This document shows positions 63,071-64,000 of a stretch of DNA of 64,000 nt, piece by piece. This DNA comes from Heterodontus francisci (Eukaryota): NCBI RefSeq assembly GCF_036365525.1, contig NC_090399.1, positions 21,958,529 to 22,022,528 of the forward strand, read 5' to 3'. The notes beneath the pieces were generated by a model that worked only from the letters and a program-made list of their open reading frames with translations, was not told the DNA's origin and did no database searches. How positions within the stretch are numbered: position 1 is the first letter of the stretch; every line of letters starts with the position of its first letter. The position numbers and the translations under genes were made by a program.

Positions 63071-63705
63071 TAAAAGTGTCTAGGTTTTTCAGTCCATTTG
63101 TATCTCTGAAAAATAAATTATTTAGCTGTATTTTATAATGCACAGCATTGCAGTTTTTTAATACATGATACAATGAGCAAGTGTTTCTATTTCTATTTCT
63201 ATTCTAAGCTTTGGAACTGTTTAAGATAAATGAGAAAGCAGCTTGAGTGCATGTTAACCACAAATAAGCAGATTTCCTGTCCTCCACGGTAGCCAGTGAC
63301 CAACGCTGTCTCCCACACTGTAACTAAAGCAACTGGGCCAAAAATACAGAAGGGATATTTCATTACAAACTAAGAAGAGGCCACCTCAATGAAAAATCAG
63401 AATCATGCACTACTTTTGCCATGTATCAAGTAATTAACCCATCAATAAATAAACATACACCCCGTAACTTCCACAAGGGTTCTATGACAGAATTAGAAGA
63501 GACGTTATGGTGGCAGATTGAGAGAACCCGACCAAAACTATACCCCACACAGAATAAAGTTGAACTGTGGTGAAGGAATGTGAAATAAGTAATTGGAATA
63601 ATTTACTGTGGATGTGAGTATAGCGAAGGACCTTGACATGTAAATGTATTAAGACGTTATGCAGCCCAACCAAGCACATGGGATGACTGGGAAGTCCATT
63701 ATTTG

Positions 63706-63807
63706 AGTTCTGATGAAGGGTCACTGACCTGAAACATTAATTCTGCTTCTCTCTCCACAGATGCTGCCAGACCTGCTGAGTATTTCCAGCATTTCTTGTT
63801 TTTATTT
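63706..63807 (+). mobile_element. Penelope-derived mini-element with hammerhead motif
   Basis: Canonical CTGATGA (63710-63716)-AGGGTCACTGACCT-GAAA (63731-63734) followed by the pLTR body. Confidence 0.8.
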
Positions 63808-64000
63808 AAGAGTTAAACTGGGGACTGAGATAAAATATAATTCTAACAATGCTTAGGTGGTGTAAATAATGTTGTCATTTATGAATATATATTTAGTTCG
63901 TGAGGAAACTAAGATATAAAACTTGCGTAAGGTACCTTAGGGGAAAACTTCTTCAAATCCCAGGGGGCTGAGATCTCATATAGCTTCAAACTGCTGCCAC

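Noticed and set aside
63180-63600. Candidate terminal exons of the receptor (acceptors near 63208, 63292, 63490)
   Set aside because: Phase-0 readings give LWNCLR*, PVTNAVSHTVTK...YFITN* or N*; none has a convincing acceptor plus motif, so this needs transcript data

Overview
This is vertebrate, not prokaryotic, DNA. The repeat content (HE1-type V-SINEs, a Deu-domain SINE, CR1 LINEs with (ATGTTCT)n tails, Penelope pLTRs) points to a cartilaginous fish. Most of the window is nested, decayed retroelements: CR1, L2 and RTE LINEs, two Gypsy LTR elements, several solo LTRs, an ERV-like remnant with a tRNA-Trp PBS, and one long Penelope copy. One host gene can be assembled by hand from four phase-compatible GT-AG exons (46781-46856, 47594-47968, 50411-50518, 53151-53206). 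It encodes a leader, one cysteine-atypical Ig V-set domain, a transmembrane helix and the start of a cytoplasmic tail (HEPACAM/VSTM5/CD2-like); its last exon was not found. Three things stand out: (i) this receptor; (ii) ~100-bp Penelope-derived mini-insertions carrying a minimal hammerhead ribozyme motif, two with clear TSDs; (iii) a single-ORF LINE with a tRNA-like Pol III head that co-occurs with a SINE made only of its 5' and 3' ends. Everything was read by eye. Family names come from motif recognition, not database searches, and repeat boundaries are approximate unless a TSD is quoted.
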